Shown here: positions 27,479 to 41,077 of the stretch, in pieces
How positions within the stretch are numbered: position 1 is the stretch's first letter
Layout: every line of letters begins with the position of its first letter
Assembly: GCF_006345805.1 (NCBI RefSeq)
Contig: NC_043012.1
Span: forward strand, 12,028,001-12,092,000
Origin: Octopus sinensis
Lineage: Eukaryota
Reading direction: 5' to 3'
DNA: 64,000 bases
The notes under the pieces: model-generated
Told to the model about the DNA's origin: nothing
Databases searched by the model: none
The model's input: only the letters and a program-made list of their open reading frames with translations
Position numbers and translations under genes: made by a program

Positions 27479-28430
27479 TATTGGGTCATCCCATACATAA
27501 TGCAGTTTTTTTTATACCTCTTTTAGTTTTCAAAATTAAGATAAACAGAGTTCCTTCATCTTCTACAATGCCCTTCAATCTATCTTGTAGACTTCCAAAA
27601 TAAATTTGTCCGTGTCGAAAAATACTCTCCACTACTGTTCTGACCTCGTCTAGAGAATTCATATTTTTCCTGTCCAAATGATTTTGAAGATTGCAGAATA
27701 AATGATAATCAGATGGGGCAATGTCCGGCGAATATGGTTAGTGGGTCATCGTTTAATATTCAAACTGCTCCAGCCTTCGGAATGCCATCCTCGCTGTATG
27801 TGGCCGAGCATTAATCCTCATGGAAGAGCACCTTTCGTCTTGGAAGCAAAGATAGTCATATTTCTTCAAGCGCTGATTTAAGACGCTTAAGCTGCTCGCA
27901 GTAGATCTCCTTTGTTATCGTTTGGTTTAGATTTAAAAGTTCAAAGTGGACTAAACCTTTCATATCCAACCAAACAGGTAACAACACTTTACGTGAATGA
28001 AGATCTTCTTTAGCCTGTGTTTGCCTGTGTTTCTCCTTTCCCTACCCACTGTCTTTAGCACTTGACATTTTTATAGAGAATCCATTTCTCGTCATCAGTA
28101 ACTACTCGCTCCCCCCAAAAGTTCATTCGTTAGATGTGACAGCACAAAGAAGAGCACACATTCACTCTCTGTAGGAGATCAGACTCGGAAAGTTTGTGAG
28201 GAACCCATTGAGCCAATTTGTTGCTTTTTCCGATGGCACGCAAGTATCGATGAATGGTCGAATGACCAAATCCAAGCCTCTCTGCTTCTTCCTCAACAGT
28301 TGCTATGGGATTTTGTTCCACCAGGTTTTGCTGGACGTCTTCGTCGAGCTCTACAGATCTTACAGAACGAGGCTCGTCTTCTATGCTGTAGGTTCTGACT
28401 CGAAATTTCTGAAACCACCGTTGCGACATT
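27479..28430 (-). mobile_element. Mariner (DD34D) transposon remnant with one TIR
   Basis: QRWFQKFR...EDEPRS, WVPHKL, VTDDEKWILY, HED-NARPH (1-nt insertion), PYSPDIAPSDYHLF; TA followed by TTGGGTCATCCCA terminus at 27481; several stops and frameshifts. Confidence 0.93.
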
Positions 28431-29482
28431 TGTGTGAAATATTTTCCTATAGAAAAAATCTTGCCAAGTAATGTTAGGTGTTCTTCTTATAATAACAATG
28501 ACACTTGCTGAAACTAGACATTACTAGCAAATCTGAATGGAAGAGGGAAGTCAATTTTCATCGATTCCAGCACTAGGGTGGTTGTTTATTTTATTTAACC
28601 ATGAAGAGATGAAATGCCAAGTTGAATTCAGCGGCATTTGAACTCAGGATGGAAACAGCCGGAAGAAATACTGCTTTGCATTTTTCCAACGTACTAAAAA
28701 TTCTATCCGCACACCGCCTTATATATACATACACAAACACACACACACGCGCACACACACACACACACACTCACACACACACACACACTCTCACACATAC
28801 ACACTCTCTCTCTCTCTCTCTCCCTCTCTCTCTCTTTCTTTCTCTCTCTATCATATACACAGTTATATATAAGTTTGTGTGTGTGTATTGTTCTTCAAAT
28901 GTAAACCCTGACCAAACATAGAAAGCTACTAAACGAAACTAGTATAAACTACAGAAACAAATAGCGAATATTGATTTCTGCTGCGGGTTTTTTAAAATTC
29001 CACGCTGAAGTAGAGATGTATTACTCTTAAAAACAGACCGTCAGCAAAATATTCGTAATATCTGCTTTCTGGAGTGCGCATTGTTTGTTGTAATAACAAA
29101 CAGAGGCAGAGAAGTAAGTGGTCTGAAGCATGTAAAGTTGTTAGGTTCTCATAGCTACATGGTTTCAAATTGGTATACGTTTACCTATACATATGATATA
29201 CATACAAAAATACAAGAGATCAATACCGCATACCGCAATCAATTACAGACACACACACTCACACATACACACACACACACACGCGCGCGCGCGAATGCAC
29301 ATACAACTACTACACCAAGGACAACATTAATAGCCATAATAAAAGAAAAACAATGTTAAAGCTTATAAAGAGATTAATGAATGGTTTTTAGATGCAAAAG
29401 CATGACTGGCAATGCCAACGTAAGAAAAACAAGAAGCATACTGACAGCTGATTATATATGTATATATATATATATATAAATA

Positions 29483-29864
29483 TATAAACAATTCATAAAT
29501 GAGGGCAAAGGAAAAAATTTTCTAATGCCAAATATGCCGAAAAATTGGACATATTTTGGATGTATTTGGGGTATTTAGTTGTGCCCATGACTTAGTATTT
29601 GCTTCTTCCATGGGTATGAGTAAGTATCTCATTTATTTCTTTTGCCACATGTATCACTGACGAAGAGAGGGCTCTTAGTAGCTAACTCTGAAATCGGTCC
29701 GATATGGTAATAATAGAATTTTTTAGAAATTTCTGTCGACCTTTTTTCGAGTAGCGTGCGTATTGTGAAAAACATTATATGGATAATGGACAATATGTCC
29801 AATTTTTCGGCATATTTGCCATTAGAAAATTTTTTCCTTTGCCCTCATTTATGAATTGTTTATA
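29483..29864. mobile_element. Fold-back Penelope-like element with ~74-bp near-perfect inverted ends
   Basis: 29483-29556 is the reverse complement of 29792-29864 with one visible mismatch; next to (TA)n; contains a hammerhead. Confidence 0.85.
29652..29709 (+). ncRNA. Type I hammerhead ribozyme with intact core
   Basis: Stem I TATCA/TGGTA, CTGACGA (29657-29663), stem II AGAG...CTCT, GAAA (29690-29693), palindromic stem III ATCGG-T-CCGAT, predicted cleavage after A29704 (AUA triplet). Confidence 0.85.
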
Positions 29865-29969
29865 AATTTAACCGTTAAAGGTATTTTTTTAATATGCTGG
29901 CGATTCATAAAATTTTTTTCGAGAAAATATTTTTTTTTCGAAAAGAATTTTATCCTCACATTTGATATA

Positions 29970-30195
29970 TTGGCAGAAACGTTAGCACGCCGGGCGAAAT
30001 GCGTATTTCGTCTGCCGCTATGTTCTGAGTTCAAATTCCGCCGAGGTCGACTTTGCCTTTCATCCTTTCGGGGTCGATAAATAAAGTACCAGTTACGCAC
30101 TGGGGTCGATATAATCGACTTAATCCCATTGTTTGTCCCCCTCTATGTTTAGCCCCTTGTGGGCAATAAAGAAATATAAAGAAATAAAGAAATAT
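29970..30195 (+). mobile_element. SINE family B
   Basis: Near-identical to the 3868 and 47374 copies; the AAAGAAATA tail is reiterated and runs into (TA)n. Confidence 0.9.
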
Positions 30196-30211
30196 ATATA
30201 ATATATATATA

Positions 30212-30261
<50 letters not shown>

Positions 30262-30641
30262 CGTTGCTATTATGTTAAACTGTCGTATTTCGAATTTTGG
30301 CCAAAGTGTTTTTTTTTTAATATTCAATTTTGCTTGCAGTAGCCGGTTCTTTTGTTCAAACTATCGTATCTCCAGCTGCTGTATGTGAAAATTGTCAAAG
30401 TGTAATACAATGGATTAGCCTTTTTCAAAAGTGTAGTAAGTCCCACATACGACAGTTTTTCAAAAATATTTCTGACTGAAAATATCGTTCATGCAATGAA
30501 TTACAATTTTATGCGCCCAACAAAGTATTATTGTTAAGCTGAAACTGTTGTTAATGTAAACAGTAATGGAATGGTGAAACTACTTTTTCGTTTTCTGAAA
30601 AAGCACGTTTTGGACTCAACGATACTTTTGCATAATAATAA

Positions 30642-30724
<83 letters not shown>

Positions 30725-30729
<5 letters not shown>

Positions 30730-30919
30730 GGGAGAATTCACAACAAAAAAAAAACAAACAAAAGACGAAGACAGGTGGTGTAGAAAACAAACGGATGTAG
30801 AATTGAAGAAGTATTTTATGTTTCGAGCCTACGCTCTGCCACAGAAAGGAACACAGAAAGAAACAGGAGAGAAACAAGGAGCGGAAAAAAGGAGAGAAAA
30901 ATGTGTGTAGTGGCTACCG

Positions 30920-30920
<1 letters not shown>
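30725..30920 (-). mobile_element. Penelope-like 3' terminus with a non-canonical hammerhead-like motif
   Basis: Minus strand CTGTGGCA-GAGC-gtag-GCTC-GAAAC; homologous to 9580-9726; lies between (TA)n and (TCTA)n. Confidence 0.55.
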
Positions 30921-30998
<78 letters not shown>

Positions 30999-30999
30999 C

Positions 31000-31062
<63 letters not shown>

Positions 31063-31072
31063 CTATATATAT

Positions 31073-31103
<31 letters not shown>

Positions 31104-31549
31104 GATAATTGAGATAGATAGATAGGCAGACAAATGTAGATTTATACAAAAACAAATAGGATAGTAAACGTATTGGCAAATATAAAACATACGAGTTTAT
31201 ACAAAATTATTAGAGAAAAGTGGTCGATTTTCCTAAGTAGGACTGGGCTGGAAGATGCAAGTGGTACAAGGTAGGATTCTATGGAGCTGGTAGATTTAGT
31301 TGGTCACTGATCACTCGATCAAAAGAGCTAGCGTACACATGCACATACAATCTGACATACGGTATATGTGTGTGTGTATGTGTGTATGTGTGTGTGTGTG
31401 TGTGTGCATGTGTGTGTGTGTATGTGTGCGTGTGTATCTGTATTGAGTATGTGACATATTTATACAGCCAACAATGTTGCGGTACATGGAGATATTAAGC
31501 ATATCGGTTACATTCCCCCTAAAACTCTTTAGATACGTTCTATAGCACA

Positions 31550-31878
31550 TTATAGTGCTGTCCTGGTCAAGAAGGTGGCTGCTGGAAGAACCTATGTCTG
31601 GCAACAGGACTCTGTGCTGCCATTACACATAGGCTGGAGAGGAACAGAAAGCAAAGAAGGCAAGGATTATGGCAGCATTCACCAACTTAAACAAGGAGAC
31701 CATCCCAACAATTTGCAGGAGATTCCGAAGTCAACTGGAGGCCGTGGTTGAAGCCAATGGCGATTTTATTGAATATATTTATTCGTTACTATTTCAAGAT
31801 ATTTTTTGTGATATTTGTAAATATACGAGATGTCAGTGTTATTTTCATTTTTGCGTAATTTAAACACATTATTCACCT
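31550..31878 (+). mobile_element. Tc1/mariner (maT/DD37D-like) transposase C-terminal remnant, internally deleted
   Basis: KKVAAGRTYVWQQDS, then KARIMAAFTNLNKETIPTICRRFRSQLEAVVEANGDFIE, a typical C-terminus. Confidence 0.75.
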
Positions 31879-31880
31879 AG

Positions 31881-31922
<42 letters not shown>

Positions 31923-31931
31923 GTATGTATA

Positions 31932-32212
31932 TATAGTTTGATTAATAAGTATCTGACTGTTGCCATAGAAACGAAGCTAAAGCACGCAGAGTGAAGCCAC
32001 TTGGTACAGATTAACCATGAACGCTGCCGTGCATGCGCATTAAGATTTAACGAGTAGCTTACTTCCGCTGTTTACAGCAGTCCTTGGGAAAAGGTGTGTA
32101 GCGTGTGATCGTCGCATAACAGAGAAAGCTTTCATTGCGATAACTGACTCAGACGACTACGCAAAGTTGTAGAAAGTGTATGGAGAGGAGTGTATAAGCC
32201 ACTCACAAGTTT
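31932..32212 (+). mobile_element. Mariner 5' end and N-terminal HTH remnant
   Basis: Starts after TA with a TIR-like TGATTAATAAGTATCTGACTG and ends with DYAKL*KVYGEECISHSQV. Confidence 0.6.
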
Positions 32213-32663
32213 CTCTCTAGTAATGACTTCACTGTATTTTGCCAAAAGTAATTATTTTCCCCTATCAATCGCACTTCATATTCGAGGCTCCGATGAAACT
32301 AAGGGGTGTTATTCAGGCGCTCGGTTACGTATCGATTGCTTCCTATAACAGAAACAACTGTTAGCTAATGATGTTCATAACATAACCACTGTTTTTCCTA
32401 TGTCATCTCCTTTTCTTATTGCCGCTCTATACTCATCTATCATTTGTTCTGAAACATACGTTTATTGATTTCTACATGTATATACTCACGTCCATCAATC
32501 CATCCATCCATCCATACATCCATCCATCCATCCATACATCCATACATGTATACATACACACATACACACACACATACATGCATACATACATACATACATA
32601 CATACATACATACATACATACATACATACATACATACATACATACATGCATTCATACATACCT

Positions 32664-34159
32664 TTTTAAGAATATTACAGCTGAAAAAATAAAATTTGGA
32701 TCTAAGAAATCTCTGGATTCAATGAAACAGCGGCCCAAAATGTGCTTGCAGTGCCTGTACTCATACCAACATTTGGGCCGCTTGATAGGATGATTAATGA
32801 AATCCGAGCCAATGATGTGAAAACCCTAAAAATACTAACAAGCATACATAATTTCCACAGAAACGGTGACGTAGATCGTCCCTGCCTTAAACGAAAACAA
32901 AGAAGAGACTTAGCGTCGATCCAAAATGTCTTTGAATATCGCATCATATCCCTCCGGCAACATCTTTTAACTACTAAGTGTCGAAGTGCATCCCTTGACC
33001 AAGTTGCATGAGGCTGATAACATCATAAGTCTTGGAAGGTAGCTCCTTGAGCAACACTCTTTGTCTGATAACCTAGAATACATGCCCAAAGAAGTCGCTC
33101 GACTCTACAACAACGTATCATCAGAGGAAAGGATGAGCCTATATGAGCAGAAGACTATGTATGGATATATTACTAGAAGGCTTCGTGATGATAGTAACAT
33201 CGATCATCAAAGCAGTTTATCATGGACCAATAGCCGGATTACTGTTTCCCACTTTGAAGAGTATGCGTTTGCAATCCAGGAACAAGAAATATCAGCCAAG
33301 TACCTGATGAACACAATGGTTAGAGATGCAGGTAAAGCCGTAAAGTGTGACAACCTATGCCGACATTGTGGAGCTCACACTGAAGATATCACCGACATCA
33401 TAAGCAGTTGTCCGAAGATGTCATCACGGTATTATCTACCGATGAGACATGACGTTGTAGCAAGGACACTCTATAATGGAATCCGTCGGAAGGATAATCC
33501 CGAGGACAGAGAAATAAGAACCCACAATATGGTAGAAGCCATTGCCAGTCGTAATAAAAAGGAATACTGGTGGAATGTACCAGTGAAGGCCTCAATAAAA
33601 TGTAAGCAAGGCAGACCTGATAGGATGATTTGAGACACAGAAGAGAAACTATGCAGAATTGTGGAAACTAACATAAAGCTGAAGATCCGTGAAAAAGAGA
33701 ACACCTATGCTGAACTATTGAGAAATCCTTAGTTACTCTATCCAGGTTACAAGTTCAGGTTTATACTTGCAATTATTGAGCCCCTGGGATATGTAACCCA
33801 CTGCCTGAATACTAATCTTGAGAAATTAGGCCTCTCAAACCAGAAACAGGAAAGCTAATCCGAAGTTTACAGACTTCGAATCCATCACTGGAACTTTACA
33901 AATATGCATAACTTTCCAGAAGTTTATCATTTAAATATATATGAGCATGTCTAGATATGCAGCTCCATGCATGAGGATACATACATAAAACATACAAACC
34001 TGCACTTACATATATACATACATACATACATACATACATACATACATACATTCATACATACATGCATACATACATACATACATACATGCATGCATGCATC
34101 ATGCATGCATGCATGCATGCATGCATACATACATATATACATACATACATATATATACA

Positions 34160-34193
<34 letters not shown>

Positions 34194-34310
34194 CATATAT
34201 ACATACAAAAATAGTCTGTTGTTGATGTTGAATTTCCAATAAAGGAGCTTTAGATCTAGGTTAGAAACCGGATCTTTATTGGCAAGAAATCTTGAAATAA
34301 ACTGAATAAT
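32664..34310 (+). mobile_element. R4/Dong-clade non-LTR retrotransposon, 5'-truncated, with 3' UTR containing an internal (TACA)n
   Basis: AVPVLIPTFG, HNFHRNGDVDR, EEYAFAIQEQEI, CRHC...EDITDIISSC, RHDVVA, WWN, RPD, KENTY; frameshifts and stops. The 3' UTR matches the minus-strand copy at 43762-44075. Confidence 0.88.
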
Positions 34311-34765
34311 GTCATGCACACACACATGAATGCACACACACACACTCACACACACGCACACACACACACACACACAACTCACACAACACAACACACACAC
34401 ACACACACACACATCACCATATAAACATTTACGTGTGCATATCCACGTAAGTACAGGCGCCCCTGCATCTGTATGTTTGACTGTACGCATATATAGGCTT
34501 CGCGATTGAATATGTGCAGGATTATAGTGATTTTCCATTGCCCTGGTATATGCGTGTGTGTGTGTATGTGTATATGTGTGTATGTGTGTGTGACAGAGAG
34601 CGAGAGAGAGAGAGAGTGAGAGAGGGTGTATGTGTGTAGGGAAGAGGTGTCTGTAGTTTCTATGGCAACAACTCATTGTTTGTTAACTAATGGATACATA
34701 TTGACTTCATATTTGTTTTTCACTCTCTCTCTCTCTCTCTCTTATTGATTATGAACGGATCTTAC

Positions 34766-34818
34766 CTGTCGGTCAGTAAGGTTGAAGTCACTTGACGGGA
34801 AACCCATTGCTAAAATGG
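34766..34818 (-). CDS. Candidate micro-exon (ILAMGFPSSDFNLTDRQ), gene unknown
   Basis: Long pyrimidine tract and CTCAG acceptor (an alternative TTTTAG lies 9 nt further in), CAG|GTAAG donor, one open frame. Confidence 0.45.
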
Positions 34819-35396
34819 CTGAGTAAAGAAGTATAGAAAAAGAGAGACGAAGGAATGACAAGGAGAGAGAGAGAGATAGAGAGAGAGAAAGAAGAGGAGA
34901 GAGGTGGAGGGAGGGGGTACTTCACGATGAATATACATCCTCACCCTAAACAAACTTATCTTCTGCCATGCGGAGATATCATTATGGACATTTCTTCAGG
35001 ATGTATGTAATAAGTACCATCCACTCATGGACGCACCAAACTCGTCGCCGTCATCATCATCATCGTCGTCGTCGTCCTCCTCCTCCTTCTCCTCGTTCTC
35101 TGCCTCATCCTCTCCTCCTTCCTTTGTTCCTTCCCCTTCTTCCGTCTGCCTCTTATTCGTCGCCGTCACCATCATCATACTTATCCACCTCCCCGTAGTT
35201 CTCATCCTCCTACTCCATCTCCTCCACATCTTCCTCCTCCACCACCACCACCACCACCACCACCCATCTCCTCTTCCTCCACTTCCTCCTCCTCCCCCAC
35301 CCTTCCACCCCTCCTCCCCCGTCATCCTCCTCCCCCTCCTCCTCCTTCTCCACCGCCTCCTCTTCCACCTCTCCTCCTCCATCTACTACTATACTA

Positions 35397-35454
<58 letters not shown>

Positions 35455-35844
35455 GCTACCACTACTACTGCAATTTTACTATTATATACATATGTATGAA
35501 TATATGTGTACAGGCATTTATATATGTATGATATATATGCATGTATGCTTGTGTGCGCTTCTGTATGTGCGTACGCAAGCTAATAGATGCAAGATAAAAA
35601 GAAACTGGGAAAGCCCCGCTGCTGCATGCGCACAAAGCTCAAACACACACACACACATATACGCATTCATACTCACGCACGCACACATACTACAACCATA
35701 GATGCATTGAAAAATCTTTTAAACAAAGTATTATTCAACTAAATTGCTAAAGTGCTGAACAACTAATGAAAAAATAATGGAGCTCCACCTTAATCAAATG
35801 TGACAGGAATACAAAAGAAACATACAGTATCCATCTACCTTTCT

Positions 35845-35865
35845 ATCGCTCTCTCTCTCTCTCTG

Positions 35866-35915
<50 letters not shown>

Positions 35916-35971
35916 AGCCTGTCTGTCTGCCTGCCTATCTCTCTCCCTCTCTCCCTCTCTCATTCTTTCTT

Positions 35972-36008
<37 letters not shown>

Positions 36009-36052
36009 ATACCTGTCTATTTGTCTGCCTGCCTGATGCCACTCTGTCTACG

Positions 36053-36108
<56 letters not shown>

Positions 36109-36153
36109 CATCCATCCATCCATCCATCTATCCATCCATCTATCCATCTATCC

Positions 36154-36200
<47 letters not shown>

Positions 36201-36225
36201 CATCCATCCATCCATCCATCTATCC

Positions 36226-36303
<78 letters not shown>

Positions 36304-36312
36304 ATATCTATC
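35845..36312. repeat. (TCTA)n/(TCCA)n microsatellite
   Basis: Directly visible. Confidence 0.95.
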
Positions 36313-36959
36313 TAAATAATATATATATATTCAACATCGATTTTCCGAACTACTGATTGATCTGAATCTGGAGTGCTCAGATTGGTCGCGCTCACATTGG
36401 TCGACACGGTCTAAATTAAAGAAATATTAAACTTAATTAAGTAATTAAATGTAATACAGGTATCCGTATTTTAGCGTAAATTATTAGAGGTTCAGGACCA
36501 TCAGAATCTGGAATGTCTGTTTTGCATCTCTAGTAAACCTATACTGTGTGTTTGCCTTCTATGTATCTGCCCATAGGTTTCCTCTTTGCGTATTGCATGC
36601 GCATCGACACTTGAGAATGGCTACATAGCCGTTACGCAAGGAAAACAAACAAAATCCAATTATTATGCCTTTAGCCAATTTGGTTGTTCGTTCGTTACAA
36701 GTAGACAGACCCACACACGCATCCAGATATTCACACACCAACACACACACACACATACAAACACACACAAAGAAACAGACACACACACAGAGCAAGATGA
36801 ATGAATGAAACAAAATGATAGATATAAGTATATATACCAATATATATATATATATATATATACACTCACACACGCATATGTGTGTTTTGTGTGTGTGTAC
36901 GTATGTATGTGTATATACATATACATATACACATATATATATATACATGTATATTTATG

Positions 36960-36990
<31 letters not shown>

Positions 36991-37008
36991 TATATATACA
37001 TGTATATT

Positions 37009-37085
<77 letters not shown>

Positions 37086-37222
37086 ATATATATATATATT
37101 CATATATATATATTTATATATGCGATATAATATGAAAAGTTTATGTAATCTAATACACGCACGCTTACTTGTAAATATATATGTATTTACGTCAATACCC
37201 AGCGAGGCAAACATCGCGCTCG

Positions 37223-37262
<40 letters not shown>

Positions 37263-37591
37263 GTAAAACTAATATGGTTAGTAAGAAGACTCGCTATGAA
37301 CTTGACATTGATCATCCGATAGGGACATTAATACTAGCCACTACTTGATAGTGACTAACCTGTTAGATCACTTCGGACAGAATCAGTAAGGTTATTGATT
37401 CAATATTGTATCCAGTACATTCATACTTTATATATTTACACACGTAATGTAGAGTCAACACTCCCACCCACACACTCACACATACATACACACATTTATA
37501 TACCCACATGTGTCTGTGTGTGTGTGTCCAGGCGTGTGCAAAAGCGAGTTGTGTTCTAAGTTAGAGCTTTATTATGAAATAATAATTCTTT

Positions 37592-37790
37592 TTTTCTATA
37601 GGCAAAAGGGTTGAGGGGAGGGGAAATCGATTACAACGATTTTACTGGTCGATTGTTGCCTATTTTATCGAGTCCAAATGGATGAAAGACAAAGTCGACC
37701 TCAGCGACATTGTAAACTCAGAATGTAATGCCGGAAAAAAGGCCGCTTAATTTTTTTGTCCGGCGCGCTAAATATACTACCAGCTCACGC
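37592..37790 (-). mobile_element. Degenerate SINE family B, alternative tail
   Basis: GGATGAAAGACAAAGTCGACCTC...AACTCAGAA. Confidence 0.65.
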
Positions 37791-38132
37791 CATTCCTCAT
37801 GATATGAAAGAACACAATAAAGATTCGCTTTTAATTATAGAAATCAAAGAATATAAAGCTGTAAATAAATGCGCATAAATTTTGAATTAAAAACCTTATT
37901 TGGATAGAAGAAATATGGAGGACTAACCATGATGCACGAAACTATATAACCTGTAAACATTTCATCATCTCAGGGTCAATAAGATAAGTACTAGTTGAGA
38001 GCTGAGGTCAATGTAATCGTCTTACCCCGCCTCGAACTTGCTGGCCTTGTGCTGAAATTTTAAACCATTATTATTCTTTGAACATGTTTTCTGTATTTTA
38101 TTGCGAATCTTTCTTTTCTGCTTTCCGTTTCT

Positions 38133-38544
38133 TATTTCTTTACTGCCGGCAAGGGGCTACACACAGAGGGGACAAACAAGGACAGACAAACAGATTAAGT
38201 CGATTATATCGACCCCAGTGCGTAACTGGTACTTAATTTATCGACCCCGAAAGTATGAAAGGCAAAGTCGACCACGGTGGAATTTGAACTCAGAACGTAG
38301 CGGCAGGCGAAATGCCTATTTCTTTACTACCCACAAGGGGCTAAACACAGAGGGGACAAACAAGGACAGACAAAGGGATTAAGTTGATTATTTTGACCCC
38401 AGTGCGTAACTGGTACTTTATTTATCGACCCCCGAAAGGATGAAAGGCAAAGTCGACCTCGGTGGAATTTGAACTCAGAACGTAACGGCGGGCGAAATAC
38501 CGTTAAGCATTTCGCCCAGCTTGCCAACTAGCCAACTAGCCGCC
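38133..38544 (-). mobile_element. Tandem dimer of SINE family B within one TSD
   Basis: Full unit 38317-38544 plus 5'-truncated unit 38133-38316; TTCTGCTTTCCG at 38116-38127 and 38545-38556. Confidence 0.9.
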
Positions 38545-38734
38545 TTCTGCTTTCCGATTCTGCATTCTATTTCTGTCTTCCATTTCATTAAGTCTTTTTA
38601 TACGACCGTCCCTTTAAATATTGAAATGTTTCCTTACTTATATGATAAAGCACATACATACAACCACATATAAATCAACACACACACACACACACACACA
38701 CACACTCATATACATATGCACATGTATTTATTTA

Positions 38735-38769
<35 letters not shown>

Positions 38770-38940
38770 TATAAATATATGTGCATATATACATATATAT
38801 TTGCATACGATATCATTTATGTAAATATATACACAGTCTATATATCCTTCTCTCTCTCTTTCTGTGGATATATGTTTATAAATGTGTATATGTTTATATA
38901 CACATATATCGATTTATGATCGTACTATTGCAACTTTGAG

Positions 38941-38978
38941 ATATTAATTATTCTCATTTCTTTCTATTACAGGTAAGT
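38941..38978 (+). promoter_or_regulatory. Candidate recursive splice site (3' splice site abutting a 5' splice site)
   Basis: TATTAAT branch-like motif, pyrimidine tract, then TTACAG|GTAAGT in non-repeat sequence. Confidence 0.5.
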
Positions 38979-39514
38979 AATACAATCTTCCCAAAAGAAT
39001 TGCAAACGTCGCAAGGTAACAAAAATGCAAAAAAAAAGAAAATGCATTCCAATTTTCTCCTTTCCTTTTAATATCAATTAATTAGCAAATTAATTCCACT
39101 ATTCAGTTTGAATGTTTAAATGTCTCGAACGTCTGCAATAATTCGATTATTTATTTTTCTTTTTTCACACCTGAAGGAATCATTCATAATTGTATATTTT
39201 CGGGTTTCATTATTTTCTGCTTCCATTCCATGTATGTGTGTGGATACGTCTCTTTCGTATGCACATACATGAATAAATGCATTCGTACAGTATATACATA
39301 CATATATATGTATCTAAATGTATGTATATATAGTGTATATTTATATATATATATATATATATTGATTATATGCGATTATCTATGTATATCTTGTACATAT
39401 TATATTTGTATATAGATATGTATACACACGCACATTATATAAATGAATGCTTGAAGGTATTTCAACCTACGCGTATACAAATCAAATTTACAGTTTCTTT
39501 CTTCTCCTCTCACT

Positions 39515-39639
<125 letters not shown>

Positions 39640-41077
39640 AATCTATGTATCTATCTATCTGTGCTTGTTTGCGTGTATGTGGATTTGTCTTTCTATCTGT
39701 TACTTCATCTGATGTGTAGACAAAAACTATAACGGCGTAACTACCATATGTTTTAAAAATTGACATTACCAACGCCCATTTACTTTTCGACGTAAAGAAC
39801 AAAAATCCGAAGTCACGGTTTGGAATTCTAGAGATAAACAAAACTAAAATATCATTTTAAACATGTCAACCATTAAAAATGCCAACCCTTACACCATGAG
39901 TCCAACAAGTTGCTTTCAGCGCAATTTAATATCTAAATAAATTATACTATGAAATAAGCAGTCTGAACTGGTCTCACATTACCGACATCAATATTGTTAT
40001 TTCCAAATAACAGTAGTCAAATCTGCTTGTGTGGATCACATATTATATAAGGTGAGTCTTGCAAAGAATAATGAAAAGGCGTCTAATTTAACCAGTTACC
40101 TGCCTTATCTAATCCATCTTGCATATTCATAAAATTTCTCCTTACGCACGTCTAAGAAACAAAGTTATAGACAAATGATCTGACCTGATATACAGATTTA
40201 CATATATACATACATACATACATACATGCATATATAAATACACTCAAATTTATCCATGCAGTAAAGGTTTATGGTAAGGGTACTCAACTCACGGTCGCAA
40301 GATGTAAATCAGGAACAGTGCGACAGACTCATTTCAGTCAATCAAGGTGTCTCTAGGACTGAGTCGAAGACCATGTAGTTGCAAAGCGAATTTCTTACCA
40401 ATTGAGCAACGACTGTGCTTATGCAATTTTGAATTAAAAATGCAGTGTATGTCTGCTTCGTGGTCAAGTGAAGAATGTGGGATTCGAGCTCAGAACGAAA
40501 AGAAAACTAAATGTTGTATATCATTTAATCGATTTTTGCTGCTGTGTATTATTTCCTTCTGTTGCCGATGAAATATTCATGAACCTGTTGCATGTTTTGT
40601 TTAGTCGAAGTGCTGAGCAGTCGGCCAATTTATCAATGAATTATTTACAGTGTGGTTCTCTTGTCAATACAACCATCCTGACTCTGAAAGAGACTTGAAA
40701 TACAATTAGTAACCTTGACATAGTGACACTTCGCTATTCTAATATTTTATGATGTGCTGCTACTGCTGCTGCTGCTACTGCTGCTGCTCTCGTGGCTGTA
40801 ATTTTTAAACCCCAGGTCTGTCCTGATTGATAAGACCTATAATCAAAAGCTGTCGAGCTGTGACCATCCTGTCGTTTTATATCAGATATAATGTCATTTT
40901 CACGACTACCTTACGCAATATATTTTCGATACTTCAGATGTATGATATGAGGGACATTTGATTGTTATTTCTAGCAGATCAAATAGACTACAATCGAGAT
41001 AAGAAATCTTCTATTCAGTCGTTTAGCATGTGAGGAAAGTAGTAACCAAATAAATTTCGAATTGCAAATACATTGAA

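Noticed and set aside
34785-34816. ILAMGFPS as a PTEN/TPTE motif
   Set aside because: The following residues do not match the phosphatase consensus and no other such exons were seen.
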